Assembly (NCBI GenBank): GCA_000708835.1
Contig: DF237348.1
Span: forward strand, 1 to 64,000
Direction of reading: 5' to 3'
Length of the DNA: 64,000 bases
Source: Klebsormidium nitens
Taxonomy: Eukaryota; Plantae; Klebsormidiophyceae
The translations under genes were made by a program, and so were the position numbers. Below the pieces are notes generated by a model. The model saw nothing but the letters and a program-made list of their open reading frames with translations. It was not told the DNA's origin and ran no database searches. Positions 62,571 to 64,000 of the stretch are shown here, piece after piece. Numbering within the stretch: position 1 is the stretch's first letter; each line of letters begins with the position of its first letter.

Positions 62571-64000
62571 GTAAGCTCAATCCTCATTTCTTTCCCACAG
62601 CTCACCTTCGTATTTTAGAGTTCAGCACTCTGAAAGATTTCTTTCTATCTTGTCGTCGCTTTGAGTTTTTTTCTGCTGAAGATTTTGGTAATGGTGGCTG
62701 GCCCTTTACAATCTGTACCTTGTCTTGAAGCAATCCTACTCTAACATAAGTGTCTGGATGAAGATCCCACATGGACGACGCTCCTTTTCTTTAATTGGGT
62801 GAGCTCTATAACGGGCTACAAGGGTGAAGGAAAGGTTGTCTGGCGTGCTCCACTGCGTGTGGCAGCTACGTAGTTGTTTGAATCGTATCGTAAGGAGTTT
62901 GTGATTTGCATAGTATTGAGGCTTTTGCTTATTCTTAAAGCTGCCTTTCACAATTGCAAGGCTGGTGCAACATTGAGATTAACTAAATGCTGTCGCATGT
63001 AGTAGCTCCATTGCAGGAGTGCTTGGCAATGTGCAGTGTGTAGCAGACATTGCTTGCTTTCAGAAACTTTGGAGATCTGACTTTCCGCACTTCGATGTGC
63101 AGAGGAAATAGCTCTGCATATACTGGAGTTACCAACTTGTCCTTCCAGTATTTCACATGGAGTGATCGAGCGAACCCTACTTCTAGCTGATTTCCTTCTC
63201 TATACCATCATTTTGCACACGTCCCGAAAGGAGACAATGCTGTTCGTCTAGTTTGTTGTCTAAGTGCGCCGGTTGCTTGAATTCTCCCGAGCATATTCTG
63301 TTGCTGGTGGTGGCTCTATCTTGAAAAGGTGCACTGGTGTCCCTGAAAAATCATTGAATTCAAGATTGCAAGTATCTCCTAATGAGCTGGGCTCCTTAAA
63401 GTAGAATCCAACGTCCTTTTTTGACCCTGGGTGCTTAATAGCATCTAGACGCTGGCAAGCGAGCCTGCTCCGAGCTTGTTCTCTGGAGAACTATTCACCT
63501 GTGGCCATTGGGGATTCCTTGTCTGCCTCATCCTAGTTCAGGGTGTCATTCCCCCTCTGCTTATGGTCCTTTGACCAGCCTCGGTTCGCCTGCTCATTTT
63601 GCCCCATCCTACAATTACAAAAGAGAGTCTTCATGGTGTTCTGCGTGAAGGCTCACAAGGAGGACATGAAGGCTCTTCTTCACAATTGTCTGCTCCCTTT
63701 CCTAGCCCTCTGATGGTCCCCCCGCCCTCGTTTCGCCCCTGCATTTGCACAGGTTGTCTACCAAGGAGCTCTGCAGTTGAGATCCATGAACCGGCATTGC
63801 AGCTCCTCGCCCCTAGATTGCTGAGTGAAACTACTTCTCATTGAGGCAGAAAAGTCCAAATGAAGAACTTTTAGAGCTAGTTTGCCTTCACCCCCTCAAG
63901 CCCCATGACTCAATTGTCCCCTTTTACCAGCTTCTATATTCATATTCTGAGGTTTAGGAGCTACGCACAGACCATGGCAGAATGCATTGTCAGTTTTCCC

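Noticed and set aside
4678-63844. Most remaining short ORFs in the six-frame track
   Set aside because: They are antisense or off-frame shadows of real exons, or intron read-through starting at non-ATG codons.

Overview
Eukaryotic nuclear DNA: GT-AG introns, intron-rich genes and plastid- and mitochondrion-targeted proteins. Gene content and a TTTTAGGG repeat suggest a streptophyte green alga such as Klebsormidium; that is inference, not a database result. Spliced genes recognised by eye: DNAJC8-like (+), a SLC19-like carrier (-), UTP11 (+), YKT6 (-), COX10 (+), PLD-zeta (-), MRPL47 (+), a DOG1-domain gene (-), HCAR (+) and the first exon of SUFB (+). There are also three intronless orphan membrane-protein ORFs, two clean MITEs, one older TIR element and a truncated LINE that ends in telomeric repeats. 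Top finding: the apparent malectin gene (14771-16465) and the SLC19 transporter exons (8747-14052) form one gene. Its first 35 aa look like SLC19 TM1, and an in-phase splice restores a collinear SLC19 sequence. The result is a ~1006-aa carrier with two malectin domains and a mucin-like stalk inserted in extracellular loop 1, a candidate glycan-sensing transceptor. Second theme: introns of the carrier and PLD genes repeatedly contain diverged tandem copies of their own splice junctions, and some copies could give in-frame alternative exons. All alignments and exon models were made by hand, and reference proteins are recalled from memory.
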